This document shows, in pieces, positions 25,423 to 34,923 of a DNA stretch of 64,000 nucleotides. Made by a program: the position numbers and the translations under genes. Under the pieces are notes generated by a model. It saw only the letters and a program-made list of their open reading frames with translations, was not told the DNA's origin and did not search any database. Origin of the DNA: Microbacteriaceae bacterium (GTDB taxonomy: Bacteria; Actinomycetota; Actinomycetes; Actinomycetales; Microbacteriaceae); assembly GCA_003852775.1 (NCBI GenBank), contig RDDZ01000129.1:2857-66856 (forward strand). The letters are read 5' to 3'. The number at the start of each line of letters is the position of its first letter. Within the stretch, counting starts at the first letter, position 1.

Positions 25423-27106
25423 CCTGCGTCGCCCCCTCGAAGCGCAGCAGCTCGGCGGCTCGGTCGCCGAGCGCGGCGCGGAGGGTGAGGATGCCGCCGG
25501 AGAGGGATGCGGAGTCGATGCCGGCCTGGGCGAGGACGCGGTGGGCGATGGCGGAGCGGACCCCGGAGGCGCACATCACCCGGACGGGCCTGCCGGCCGC
25601 CGCGGCGCGGACCTCATCGAGGCGCTCACGCAGTTCGGTGTGCGGGACGTTCAGCGCGCCGGGCAGGTGACCGGTGGCGAACTCGGCGCGGCTGCGCGTG
25701 TCGAGCACGAGCGCTCCGGCGAGCACCCGGTCGACATCCTGCGGGTACCAGAGGCTCAGGGTACCGGTGCGGAGGTTCTCGCCGACCATGCCGGCGAGGT
25801 TGACCGGGTCCTTCGCCTGCCCGTAGGGCGGCGAGTAGGCGAGGTCGAGGTCGATGAGGTCCTCGACCGTCATCCCCGCGCGGATCGCGGTGCCGAGCAC
25901 GTCGATGCGTTTGTCGACCCCTTCGGCACCGACCGCCTGCGCGCCGAGCAGCAGCCCGTCGTCCTCGCGGAGGTGGAGGATCAGGTGGAGCTGGGCAGCG
26001 CCGGGGAAGTAGCCGGCGTGCTGGTTCGGGTGCAGGTGGATCGTCCGGTAGCCGATGCCCGCCGCGTCGAGCGCGGCGCGGTTCGCGCCGGTCAGCGCCG
26101 CGGTGAGGGAGCCGACGCGGACGATGGCGGTGCCGACCGGGTGCGGGATCGGCCGTGCTGCCCCGGGTCGGAGGACGTCGTCGGCGACCAGCCGCCCGGC
26201 CCGGTTCGCCGGCCCGGCGAGGGCCAACGGGCGGCGGATGCCGGTGACCGCGTCAGTGCTGACCGTCGCGTCCCCAACGGCCCAGACACCGGGGAGGGAT
26301 GTGCGGCCGTGCTCATCGACGACGATCGCGCCCCGCTCGCACCGTGCTCCGGCCTGCTCGAACACGGCGGTGTCGGGTCTGACCCCCGCCGAGAGGACGA
26401 CGATGTCCGCCGGCAGCAGCGTGCCGTCGCCGAGCCGGACGATGTCGTGCTCGACGCCGCGCTGGACGCCGGCGGCGCCGATGCCGGTTATGATCCCGAC
26501 GCCGAGCGAGCGCAGCTCGTCGGCCACGAGGGCGGCCAGCTCGGCCTCCAGCGGCGGCAGGACATGCCCGGCGAGCTCGACCACGGTCACGTCCAGCCCT
26601 TGGCGGGCGAGGGCCTCGGCGGCCTCGATGCCGATGAATCCGGCGCCGAGGACGATCGCGCGCCGCGCTCCGGTCTCGACCTGCTCGCGCAGCGCGATCG
26701 CGTCCTCGACGGTGCGCAGGGTGCGCACGCGGGGCGAGTCCAGGCCGGGGATCGGCGGACGCGCGGCCTGCGCGCCGGGCGCGAGCACGAGCGCGTCGTA
26801 CCCGATCCGCTCCGTCCCGTCCGGGGTCTCGACGGTCACGACCCGCTCCTCGGCGTCCAGGCCGGTGACCTCGTGGCGGGTCCGCACATCTAGGTTGAGT
26901 GCGGCGCGCAGCGATCGCGGGGTCTGCACGAGCAGCTGCGCGGGGTCGGCGATCTCCCCGCCGACGAAGTACGGCAGCCCGCAGTTCGCATAGGAGACGT
27001 GCTCGCCGCGCTCCAGCACGATGATCTCGGCGGACTCGTCCAGACGCCGGGCGCGGGCCGCGCAGCTCATCCCCCCGGCGACCCCGCCGACGATGACGAT
27101 CCTCAT
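25415..27106 (-). CDS. CoA-disulfide reductase fused to a C-terminal rhodanese domain (CoA-persulfide-reductase-like)
   Basis: VIVGGVAGG, redox Cys in SYANCGLPYF, rhodanese loop VMCASGVRS; ATGA overlap with the thioredoxin stop. Confidence 0.85.
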   Translation of the reverse strand: MRIVIVGGVAGGMSCAARARRLDESAEIIVLERGEHVSYANCGLPYFVGGEIADPAQLLVQTPRSLRAALNLDVRTRHEVTGLDAEERVVTVETPDGTERIGYDALVLAPGAQAARPPIPGLDSPRVRTLRTVEDAIALREQVETGARRAIVLGAGFIGIEAAEALARQGLDVTVVELAGHVLPPLEAELAALVADELRSLGVGIITGIGAAGVQRGVEHDIVRLGDGTLLPADIVVLSAGVRPDTAVFEQAGARCERGAIVVDEHGRTSLPGVWAVGDATVSTDAVTGIRRPLALAGPANRAGRLVADDVLRPGAARPIPHPVGTAIVRVGSLTAALTGANRAALDAAGIGYRTIHLHPNQHAGYFPGAAQLHLILHLREDDGLLLGAQAVGAEGVDKRIDVLGTAIRAGMTVEDLIDLDLAYSPPYGQAKDPVNLAGMVGENLRTGTLSLWYPQDVDRVLAGALVLDTRSRAEFATGHLPGALNVPHTELRERLDEVRAAAAGRPVRVMCASGVRSAIAHRVLAQAGIDSASLSGGILTLRAALGDRAAELLRFEGATQDA

Positions 27107-27486
27107 CGCGACGCCCCCTGCTCGCTCCGCTCCTGGGCGGCGAGCTGGGCGCGGACCTCGTCCATGTCGAGGCCGCGCACGGCGGCGATCACCTGCTCCA
27201 GCTGCGGGGCGGCGAGTGCGCCGGGCTGGGCGAACACCAGCACGCCCTCGCGGAACGCCATGAGGGTCGGGATCGAGGTGATCCGGAACCCCGCGGCGAG
27301 CTCGCGCTGCGCCTCGGTGTCGACCTTCCCGAACACCACATCCGGGTGGGTCTGCGAGGCGGTCTCGAACACCGGCGCGAACGCGCGGCACGGGCCGCAC
27401 CATCCGGCCCAGAAGTCCAGCAGCACGATGTCGTTCCCGGCGACGGTGGACTCGAGGTTGTCGAGGGTGATCTCTCGGGTAGCCAT
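27103..27486 (-). CDS. thioredoxin
   Basis: WCGPC motif; ATG at 27486. Confidence 0.85.
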   Translation of the reverse strand: MATREITLDNLESTVAGNDIVLLDFWAGWCGPCRAFAPVFETASQTHPDVVFGKVDTEAQRELAAGFRITSIPTLMAFREGVLVFAQPGALAAPQLEQVIAAVRGLDMDEVRAQLAAQERSEQGASR

Positions 27487-27495
27487 AGACGCAGT

Positions 27496-27511
27496 ATACC
27501 CCAGGGGGTAT
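27496..27511. promoter_or_regulatory. CsoR/CstR-type operator ATACCCC-AG-GGGGTAT
   Basis: 7-bp perfect inverted arms, 10 nt upstream of the thioredoxin start. Confidence 0.65.
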
Positions 27512-27546
27512 CGTGATGTCACCGCGAGGAGCGGCGCGGCGGACGC

Positions 27547-27909
27547 TCACTCGGTGACGATGCCGATCCCGGTGGTCGTCGATGCATCGCTGAGGGCGCC
27601 GGCGTCGATGACGTGCTCGAACCCCTGGTCGCGCATGATCGAGGCGGCCTGGGCGGAGCGGTTGCCCGACCGGCAGTAGACGACATACTCGCCGTCCACC
27701 GGGAGCTCGGCGATGGCGTCGGCGAATCCTGGGGAGGAGACGTCGATGTTCACCGCGCCGTCGAGGTGCCCTTCGGCGTACTCCGCCGGAGTTCGGACGT
27801 CGATGATGACGGTGTCCTCGCCGACGGTCACGGGGGCAGGGCTGGAGCAGCCGGCCAGGGCGAGGGTCGCGGCGAAGGCGAGTGAGAGCAGGGCGAGGAG
27901 CTTGCGCAT
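27547..27909 (-). CDS. rhodanese-domain lipoprotein (sulfurtransferase)
   Basis: lipobox LALAGC; active-site loop CRSGNRS. Confidence 0.8.
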   Translation of the reverse strand: MRKLLALLSLAFAATLALAGCSSPAPVTVGEDTVIIDVRTPAEYAEGHLDGAVNIDVSSPGFADAIAELPVDGEYVVYCRSGNRSAQAASIMRDQGFEHVIDAGALSDASTTTGIGIVTE

Positions 27910-27933
27910 GATGCGATCCGTTCGGTCGGTCGG

Positions 27934-28158
27934 TCAGCGGTCGAGGGCGGCGCGGAAGTCCTTGCCGCGCAGCGGCTTGCCCGCGAGCGGCGCGATCAGG
28001 CACACGTCGAGCGCGCCGACGAGGACGAACAAGAGCCCGGGTGCGGCGAGCAGCCACCACCAGCCACCGAGGATCGCGCCCAGCGCGATCAGGATGGCAC
28101 CGAGGATGGCGCGGGTCCACCGGCCGCCAGTGGAACTGAGGAAGGCGAGGATGTTCAT
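27934..28158 (-). CDS. small 2-TMS membrane protein (DUF2892-like)
   Basis: 74 aa; ATG at 28158 overlaps the MFS stop. Confidence 0.55.
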   Translation of the reverse strand: MNILAFLSSTGGRWTRAILGAILIALGAILGGWWWLLAAPGLLFVLVGALDVCLIAPLAGKPLRGKDFRAALDR

Positions 28159-29444
28159 GGGGTTCTCCGATTCGTTCGTGCGGTCCAAGTCAGGACCGCG
28201 AGGGTGATGAGGACGATGACAGCGCTGGCAACGCCGAGGCCGAGATAGCCGATCGCGGCGAGGGCGACCCCGGCGAGCAGTCCGCCCACGGCGCCGGCGA
28301 GGCTCATCAGCGTGTCGGAGGCGCCCTGGGCGGCGACGCGCTCGGCGACGGGGGTGGCGGCGACGATCATCGCCGACCCCGCTACCGTCGCGGCCGACCA
28401 GCCCAGGCCGAGCAGGATCAGCCCGATCACCGTCACCAGGTGGGCGTCGCCGCTGAACCCGGCCAGCAGCACCGAGACCAGCAGCGTCACCATCCCGGCT
28501 GCGGCGACGATGCGCCCGCCGAGCCGGTCGGTGAGCACGCCCATCACCGGGGCGAGCGCGTACATGCCGGCGATGTGCAGGCTCACCGTCAGGCCGACGA
28601 TCGTGATCGAGGCGCCGTGACCTGTCAGGTGCACGGGAGTCATCGACATCACTGCGACCATCACCGCGTGTGCGGCGACGATGCCGATCAGCCCTGCCCT
28701 CGACGTCGGGTGCGACCACAGTGCGCGGATCCCCTGCCGTGGCCCTGGCCGCTGAACCGTGAGCGCCGGAGCGGCAGTGAGTTCGGCGCCGGCCAGAGGT
28801 TGCCTTCCGGTGAGGACCAGGTAGGGATCGGGGCGCAGACCGACCCAGACGACCGCCATGCCCAGCAGCATCCCGGCCGCGGAGATCACGAACAGCCCGG
28901 ACAGGGCCGGGATGCCGAGTGCGGCGGCGAGCGACCCGCCGGCGCCGACGAGGTTCGGGCCGGCGACCGCGCCGATCGTGCTCATCCACACCACGAGCGA
29001 CAGGTCGCGGCCCCGATGCTCGGCCTCGCTCAGATCGGTCGCCGCGAACCGGGCCTGCAGGTTCACCGCACTCCCGAAGCCGATCAGCACCCCCGCGGCG
29101 ACCAGCAGCCAGAACGCCCCGGTGACGGCGGCGAGCACGACGCCGGCCGCCCCGGCGGCGCCGACCAGCAGCCCGGCGGACAGCGCGACCCGGCGGCCCC
29201 GGGCCATCGCCGCTCGCATCAGGACAGCTGAGGCGATCGCCGCGCCGAGGGTCATCGTCGTGGTCACCGACCCTGCCCACGCCTCCGATCCCGACAGCTC
29301 GACCGCCAGCAGCGATCCGGTCGACACCACGGCACCCGCGCCGACACCGCTGAGCACCTGCGCCAGCGACAGCAGGAGCAACGTGCGCCGCTGCACCCGA
29401 AGGCAGGGGGTCGCGGTCGTGGACTCCGACATGCGACCAAACAT
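28155..29444 (-). CDS. MFS transporter (12 TMS)
   Basis: 429 aa, hydrophobic throughout. Confidence 0.8.
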   Translation of the reverse strand: MFGRMSESTTATPCLRVQRRTLLLLSLAQVLSGVGAGAVVSTGSLLAVELSGSEAWAGSVTTTMTLGAAIASAVLMRAAMARGRRVALSAGLLVGAAGAAGVVLAAVTGAFWLLVAAGVLIGFGSAVNLQARFAATDLSEAEHRGRDLSLVVWMSTIGAVAGPNLVGAGGSLAAALGIPALSGLFVISAAGMLLGMAVVWVGLRPDPYLVLTGRQPLAGAELTAAPALTVQRPGPRQGIRALWSHPTSRAGLIGIVAAHAVMVAVMSMTPVHLTGHGASITIVGLTVSLHIAGMYALAPVMGVLTDRLGGRIVAAAGMVTLLVSVLLAGFSGDAHLVTVIGLILLGLGWSAATVAGSAMIVAATPVAERVAAQGASDTLMSLAGAVGGLLAGVALAAIGYLGLGVASAVIVLITLAVLTWTARTNRRTP

Positions 29445-29458
29445 ACCCCCTACCGTAT
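29443..29458. promoter_or_regulatory. degenerate CsoR/CstR-like site ATACCCCCTACCGTAT at the MFS start
   Basis: one good half-site (GGGGGTAT on the minus strand) and a weak second half. Confidence 0.3.
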
Positions 29459-29494
29459 ATTGGTACCTGGTCGGGATGCCTGCCGCCTCCTGCC

Positions 29495-30244
29495 GTGAGG
29501 TCTTCGGATGGGTTCACGAGGTTCCCTAGAATGAGGTCGATGAGGCCGCGCGTTACAGCAGTCCGAGACGGCGAGTCCGTCTCCGCGCGGCTGCGCGGGG
29601 CGCGATTGTCGCGGCAGGCGCGTGTGGGCAAGGCGCTGCTCGTCGCGGTGCTCTCGACGTTGATCGCGCTGGTCTCGCATGTGCTTGCCGGAGGCGCGGT
29701 GCCGGAGGCGCCGGGCATCCTCGTGCCGTTGGCGTTCTCGACGTTCGCGTGCCTTCCGCTGTCCGGGCGCGTCCTGTCGCTGCCGCGGCTCGTGCTCTCC
29801 GTGCTGGTCAGCCAGCTGCTCTTCCACTGGCTGTTCGTGCTCGGTGCCTCCGGCCAGGGCGTCCTCCCGATCGAAGACGCGCCCGCCGGCCACGCCGGGC
29901 ATCACCTGCAGACGATCACGATGCTGCATACCGGGACTGAGATGGCGTCCCACATGGACCACTCCGATGGCGATGGCTGGATGTGGGTCGGGCACGGCAT
30001 CGCCGCCGTGGTCACCATCCTGCTGATCCGTCGTGGTGAGGCCGCCCTGGTCGGCCTATGGCAGCTCGCGATGCTGCTGGTGCGCACGCTGTTCCCGCGG
30101 CTGCCTCGTCCGGACGCCATCCGGGTGGTTCTGCCGCGTCTCTCGGGCGGCTTCCTGAGCCGACGCCCGTTCTCGCATCGGCTGCTCGGGGCGTCGATCT
30201 CCCGCAGAGGGCCGCCGCGCTCCGTGCTGCTCGCGCTCTCCTGA
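29495..30244 (+). CDS. membrane protein with a His/Met-rich loop (HAGHHLQTITMLHTGTEMASHMDHSDGDG); start uncertain
   Basis: 4-5 TMS; lies upstream of copC-like genes. Confidence 0.55.
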   Translation: MRSSDGFTRFPRMRSMRPRVTAVRDGESVSARLRGARLSRQARVGKALLVAVLSTLIALVSHVLAGGAVPEAPGILVPLAFSTFACLPLSGRVLSLPRLVLSVLVSQLLFHWLFVLGASGQGVLPIEDAPAGHAGHHLQTITMLHTGTEMASHMDHSDGDGWMWVGHGIAAVVTILLIRRGEAALVGLWQLAMLLVRTLFPRLPRPDAIRVVLPRLSGGFLSRRPFSHRLLGASISRRGPPRSVLLALS

Positions 30245-30410
30245 CGCTCCGGGTCGCACGCGCCCGGGGTGTGCCGCCGTCGTTCGCCCTGGACTCTCCG
30301 GGCGGAGGTCGAGGCTAGGTCGCTCCTGCGCGGCCGGCCGTCGTCGGCGGCGACAACCTGGCTCGCACTCCGGTACGGCGTTGCCGTGTCGGACCAGCAT
30401 TGGATGCACC

Positions 30411-31016
30411 ATGTCACGACCCGTTTCCGGGCGGACACGCATCGTCGCGGCCGCGCTTGCGGTCGCCGCGGTGGCCTGTGGCCTGCTCTGGATCGCGGAG
30501 CCTGCCCAGGCTCACGACCAGCTCATCGAATCGACCCCTGCTGAGGGCGAGGTGCTTCCGGCTCCGCCGGATGAGGTCATGCTGCAGTTCACCGATGAGC
30601 TGATCGAGCTCGGCGGCATCATCGTCGTGACCGATGCCGCCGAGCAGTCGTGGACCGAGGGCGACCTCGTCTACGACGGCAGCAGGGCGATGATCGCGCT
30701 GCGCGACGGCATGCCTGACGGCTGGTACGAGATCCGCTGGCAGGTCGTCTCTCGCGACGGGCATCCGATCAGCGGGATCATCCCGTTCGCGGTCGGCGAC
30801 GCCGGTGAACGGCCTTCACCGGCCGCCACGGCGCCAGGAGCAGCGGCCGAGCAGGACAGCGCGGACACCGGGGAGCCGGGAGCTGCGAGGGCGATACGGA
30901 TCACCCTCGTCGGGCTCGCCGGCGCCGTCATCGCAGGCGGAGGCTATTGGCTCGCCAGCCGTCTCCTCCGCAGACGCGACATCCCCCACGGCCCGGACGA
31001 GTCCGGATCCCCGTGA
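30411..31016 (+). CDS. CopC-domain copper-binding protein with a C-terminal TM anchor
   Basis: the mature N-terminus begins HDQLIESTPAEGE (CopC His-1 motif); ...RWQVVSRDGHPISG. Confidence 0.8.
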   Translation: MSRPVSGRTRIVAAALAVAAVACGLLWIAEPAQAHDQLIESTPAEGEVLPAPPDEVMLQFTDELIELGGIIVVTDAAEQSWTEGDLVYDGSRAMIALRDGMPDGWYEIRWQVVSRDGHPISGIIPFAVGDAGERPSPAATAPGAAAEQDSADTGEPGAARAIRITLVGLAGAVIAGGGYWLASRLLRRRDIPHGPDESGSP

Positions 31017-31056
31017 TCGCACCAACCACTTCTGAACCACCTAAGGAGCTCTTCCG

Positions 31057-31596
31057 ATGAACACGCGTACCACCCACCGCCCGGCGGTCACCCTCACGCT
31101 GGCCGCCACTGCCGTGCTCGCACTCGCCGGATGCGCGACGACCGCGCCCGATCAGAGCGCCGAACCGGCCACCGCCGGCCAGAGCGTCACGATCACCGAC
31201 GCCTGGGTCAAGGCCGCCGACGACGGCATGTCCGCCGCCTTCGGCGACCTGACCAACACCGGCGACGCCGACGTGATCCTCGTCTCGGTCACCAGCCCGG
31301 CCTCGACCTCGATGCAGCTGCACGAGACCGTCGACAACGGCAGCGGCTCGATGGTCATGCAGGAAAGGGATGGCGGCTTCACCATCCCCGCCGGCGGCAC
31401 GCTCACCCTCGAACCGGGCGGCAACCACCTCATGTTGATGGACCTCACCGCTCCGATCCTCGCAGGTGACGAGATCGAGTTCACCCTCACGTTCTCCGAC
31501 GGCTCCGACTACGCCTTCACTGCCCCGGCAAAGGACTACTCCGGCGCCAACGAGACCTACATGGGCGACGACATGAACATGGGCGGGAACGACTGA
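31057..31596 (+). CDS. copper chaperone PCu(A)C (DUF461) lipoprotein
   Basis: lipobox LALAGC; H-x10-12-M...H-x-M pattern (LHETV..SMVMQ...GGNHLMLM). Confidence 0.8.
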   Translation: MNTRTTHRPAVTLTLAATAVLALAGCATTAPDQSAEPATAGQSVTITDAWVKAADDGMSAAFGDLTNTGDADVILVSVTSPASTSMQLHETVDNGSGSMVMQERDGGFTIPAGGTLTLEPGGNHLMLMDLTAPILAGDEIEFTLTFSDGSDYAFTAPAKDYSGANETYMGDDMNMGGND

Positions 31597-32825
31597 TGAC
31601 CCCCGTCCGGGACGCCGGTTCCGGGCGGGGCGTCAACCGGCGACAGCTTCTCATCGGAGGGGCTGTCGCCGGCCTCGGCGCCGCCGCCGCGATCGGCGCA
31701 GACCTCGCCCTCACGGCCCAGGACCGCGCATCCTCGACACCGACCACGGGCACCGAGGCGGTCACCGGAGGCGAGACGATCGCGTTCCACGGCCCCCACC
31801 AGGCCGGTATCGCCGCCGTCCCGCAGGCGCACGCCACCTTCATCGCGCTCGACCTCCGGCCATCCACCAGCCGGGACGGGCTGCGCCGGATGATGCGCAT
31901 CCTCACCGACGACGCCGCGAGACTCACCCAGGGCGAGGCCGCGCTCGCCGATTCCGAGGCCGAGCTCGCAGCCGCTCCCGCACGGCTCACCGTCACGTTC
32001 GGCTTCGGACCCGGCCTCGTCGCCCGAGCCGGCGGCGACGCCCCTGAATGGCTCGCCCCGCTGCCAGCGTTCTCGATCGACCGGCTCGAGGACGCCTGGA
32101 GCGGCGGCGACCTGCTCATCGACATCGCCTCCGACGACCCTCTCACCGTCGCCCACACCGCCCGGATGCTCCTCAAAGACGCACGCCGCTTCGCGACCGT
32201 GCGCTGGCGACAGGACGGCTTCCGCCGCGCCCGCGGAACCGAACAACCCGGCACGACCATGCGGAACCTGTTCGGCCAGGTCGACGGCACCGTCAACCCC
32301 ACCCCTGGCACGCACGACTTCGACGCCGTCGTCTGGGCCACCGATGGATGGGTCGCCGGCGGCACCAGCCTCGTCATCCGCCGCATCCGGATGACCCTCG
32401 ACACCTGGGACGAACTCGACCGCTCCGGACGCGAACAGTCCATCGGCCGCACCCTGTCCAACGGAGCACCGCTCACCGGCACAAAGGAGACCGACGAACC
32501 CGACTTCACCGCCACCGGCACCGCAGGATTCCCCGTCATCCCCGACTTCGCCCACATACGCCGCGCCCGCGGCGACGGCACCGAGAGGATCTACCGCCGC
32601 AGCTACAACTACGACCTCCCACCCACCGGCGACGGCGTCTCGGAGTCAGGATTGATCTTCGCGTCCTACCAATCCGATGTGATCGCCCAGTTTCTCCCCA
32701 TCCAGCGACGCCTGGACGAACTCGACCTCCTCAACCAATGGACCATCCCCATCGGCTCCGCCGTCTTCGCCATCCCACCCGGTTGCGACCGTGACGGGTT
32801 CATCGGCGAAACGCTCCTTGCCTAG
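31596..32825 (+). CDS. Tat-exported DyP-type peroxidase (EfeB/DtpA-like)
   Basis: twin-arginine signal RRQLLIGG; FGQVDGTVNP motif. Confidence 0.85.
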   Translation: MTPVRDAGSGRGVNRRQLLIGGAVAGLGAAAAIGADLALTAQDRASSTPTTGTEAVTGGETIAFHGPHQAGIAAVPQAHATFIALDLRPSTSRDGLRRMMRILTDDAARLTQGEAALADSEAELAAAPARLTVTFGFGPGLVARAGGDAPEWLAPLPAFSIDRLEDAWSGGDLLIDIASDDPLTVAHTARMLLKDARRFATVRWRQDGFRRARGTEQPGTTMRNLFGQVDGTVNPTPGTHDFDAVVWATDGWVAGGTSLVIRRIRMTLDTWDELDRSGREQSIGRTLSNGAPLTGTKETDEPDFTATGTAGFPVIPDFAHIRRARGDGTERIYRRSYNYDLPPTGDGVSESGLIFASYQSDVIAQFLPIQRRLDELDLLNQWTIPIGSAVFAIPPGCDRDGFIGETLLA

Positions 32826-33077
32826 TAGCCCCCGGGAACGTCTACGACCGCAGGACTTCCTGGGCAGGACGCTCTGGTCAACGATCGGCAACATGACCTT
32901 CGGCGACGCCGACCCGATCCTGTGGAGCGACCTGTACCTGCCCATCGCCGCGATGGTGCTGCTCGTCGTCGCCGCAATCGAGGCACGACGCGCCGCCACG
33001 CCACCGGAGGTCGCCACACGCGCGGCGACGTGGTCGACGAGCGCGATCCCGATCAGCACCGGCAGGCGGGCGCCGGC

Positions 33078-33383
33078 CTACCCTGCGCGGCCCTGGCGTC
33101 CGGGTGGGAGCAGCCCTCGGGCGCGGGGCCGGGTGACCCAGCCCTGCGCCGTGGAGAGCGCGACGCCGCTGATCTCGGCCATCGTCGCTGACGGGTTCGG
33201 GTCGCCACGGCGGGTGAGCCGGCCGTGCTGGAGGACGACCAGCTCGTAGAAGTCCGGCGTCCGCTTCGGATCGCCCAGGGGGTCTACGAGCACCTCCTCG
33301 GCGAAGGGCGCCGCCGCAACCAGGTGCGCCGCCTCGCGGCCGCCGAGGACTTCGGTCGCAGCTTCGGTCGCAGCGGGGGTCAC
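33078..33383 (-). CDS. small HTH-like protein typical of actinobacterial integrative-element ends (possible relic)
   Basis: PDFYELVV...NPSATMAEISGVALSTAQGWVTRPRARGLLPP resembles element-encoded HTH proteins; sits 90 nt from the tRNA-Ser 3' end. Confidence 0.4.
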   Translation of the reverse strand: MTPAATEAATEVLGGREAAHLVAAAPFAEEVLVDPLGDPKRTPDFYELVVLQHGRLTRRGDPNPSATMAEISGVALSTAQGWVTRPRARGLLPPGRQGRAG

Positions 33384-33473
33384 CTGGGGTCACCTCGAAG
33401 GGTCCGAGCCTCGGGCCCTGACCGCCGACATCCGACAGTCGATCCGTAGAAACGGCCTCTGACCTGGGCGAAA

Positions 33474-33565
33474 TGGCGGAGACGGAGGGATTTGAACCCT
33501 CGGTCCCCCGGAGGGGACTCCACCTTAGCAGGGTGGTGCACTCGACCGGACTATGCGACGTCTCC
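33474..33565 (-). tRNA. tRNA-Ser (anticodon GCU), CCA encoded
   Basis: hand-folded: acceptor GGAGACG/CGTCTCC, anticodon stem CCACC/GGTGG with loop CTGCTAA, long variable arm, T arm GAGGG-TTCAAAT-CCCTC. Confidence 0.9.
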
Positions 33566-33614
33566 CGGTATTGCCTGCCTATCATACCCATACAGGCATG
33601 GGCGGATGCTCCGC

Positions 33615-34880
33615 TCAGCCGCGGCCGACGGAGCAGGTCTGGTCGGCGGCCGTCTGACCGCGGATGCCGGAGATCACGACCTTCTCGGGCAGCACCGGCG
33701 CATCCGTCGGCGAGGTCGTCGGGTCGGGCGTCACCGAGGGGTCCGGCACGGCCGGGTCGGCGGGTGGCGGCGCGTTCGGGTCGAGCTCGGCGCCGCGCCC
33801 GTCGCCGGCCGAGTCGAGGCCGATCGCCTGATCGGAGCGGATGGCGTCCATCAGCCGGTTGCCGAGGTTCATGTTCGGCTGCACCTTGCCCTCGTACACG
33901 CCCGTGCCGCCGGTCGAGCCGGGGTACTGCACGAAGGTGATGCGGTCGGTGGGGATGCGGCTGAGCGCCTTCGCCATCGCCACCATCGTCGCCGGCTGCG
34001 AGAGCTCCGTCGAGAGGGTCATGTTCTGACGCGCGACGTTGGCGAGGCTCAGCAGCTTGCCGACGTTCGTGAGGGTGTCCTCCGACTTGAGCTTGCGCAG
34101 CAGCGCCGAGAGGAACGCCTGCTGCGAGCTGATGCGCGTGAGGTCGGAGCCGTCGCCGACGCCGTAGCGCGTGCGGAGGAACGCGAGGGCGTCCCAGCCC
34201 GAGAGGTAGTGGGTGCCGGCCTCGAGGTCGATGCCCGACTTCTTGTCGTGGATGGCCTTGGTGAGGCAGATCTGCACGCCGCCGACCGCGGTCGCGAGGT
34301 TCGCGACGCCGTCGAAGCCGATCATGCCCGCGTACTGGATGTCGAGGCCCGTGAAGTTCTCGATTACCGTCACCGCGCACGGCAGGCCGCCGTAGAGCAG
34401 GGCGTTGTTGATCGGGAACGTGCCGACGCCCCAGGTCTTGCCGGTGTCGGGGTTCACGCAGCCGGGGAACCGCACGACCATGTCGCGCGGGATGCTGACG
34501 GCCACGGCGCTCGTCTGGTCGGCCGACACGTGCACGACGATGTTGACGTCGTTGCGCGAGCCCTCGCGGTCGGAGTAGGCGTCGGTGCCGACGACGAGGA
34601 TGTTGAAGCCGCCCTCGTAGGCGCCGATCTCCGGGATGGGCGCGGCGACCGCGCCGTTGATGTCCACGGAGTTGTCGGCCACCTCGCTCGTGAACTGGTA
34701 GAGCGCGAGACCGGCGACGGATGCCGTGGCGACGAAGGTCACGGCGAGCGACGCCCCGATGAACCCGAGCACCGTCTTCCAAGCGCGCGACTGGCGCAGG
34801 CGGCCGTGGCGGGCGATGGCGCGCGGCTGAGGCGCGCGGGCGCGCCGCGAGCGGTCGCGCTTGAGCTCCTCGGCTGACAT
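33615..34880 (-). CDS. LytR-CpsA-Psr (LCP) family cell-envelope phosphotransferase, copy 1
   Basis: N-terminal TM; LVVGTD...R.D...VH, RD core, DGSDL.RI..QQ.F; ATG at 34880 behind GAGGAGAAG. Confidence 0.85.
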   Translation of the reverse strand: MSAEELKRDRSRRARAPQPRAIARHGRLRQSRAWKTVLGFIGASLAVTFVATASVAGLALYQFTSEVADNSVDINGAVAAPIPEIGAYEGGFNILVVGTDAYSDREGSRNDVNIVVHVSADQTSAVAVSIPRDMVVRFPGCVNPDTGKTWGVGTFPINNALLYGGLPCAVTVIENFTGLDIQYAGMIGFDGVANLATAVGGVQICLTKAIHDKKSGIDLEAGTHYLSGWDALAFLRTRYGVGDGSDLTRISSQQAFLSALLRKLKSEDTLTNVGKLLSLANVARQNMTLSTELSQPATMVAMAKALSRIPTDRITFVQYPGSTGGTGVYEGKVQPNMNLGNRLMDAIRSDQAIGLDSAGDGRGAELDPNAPPPADPAVPDPSVTPDPTTSPTDAPVLPEKVVISGIRGQTAADQTCSVGRG

Positions 34881-34923
34881 CGGGCGCACTTCTCCTCGGG
34901 AACGGGTGACGAACGCTGTTGAG

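Noticed and set aside
25415-28120. A 901-aa ORF, and the 594-aa ORF at 27934-29718, taken at face value as giant proteins.
   Set aside because: Only the C-terminal portions (CoADR-rhodanese from ATG 27106; the 74-aa membrane protein from ATG 28158) look like real proteins. The upstream extensions are Arg/Pro-rich read-through overlapping genuine genes in other frames.
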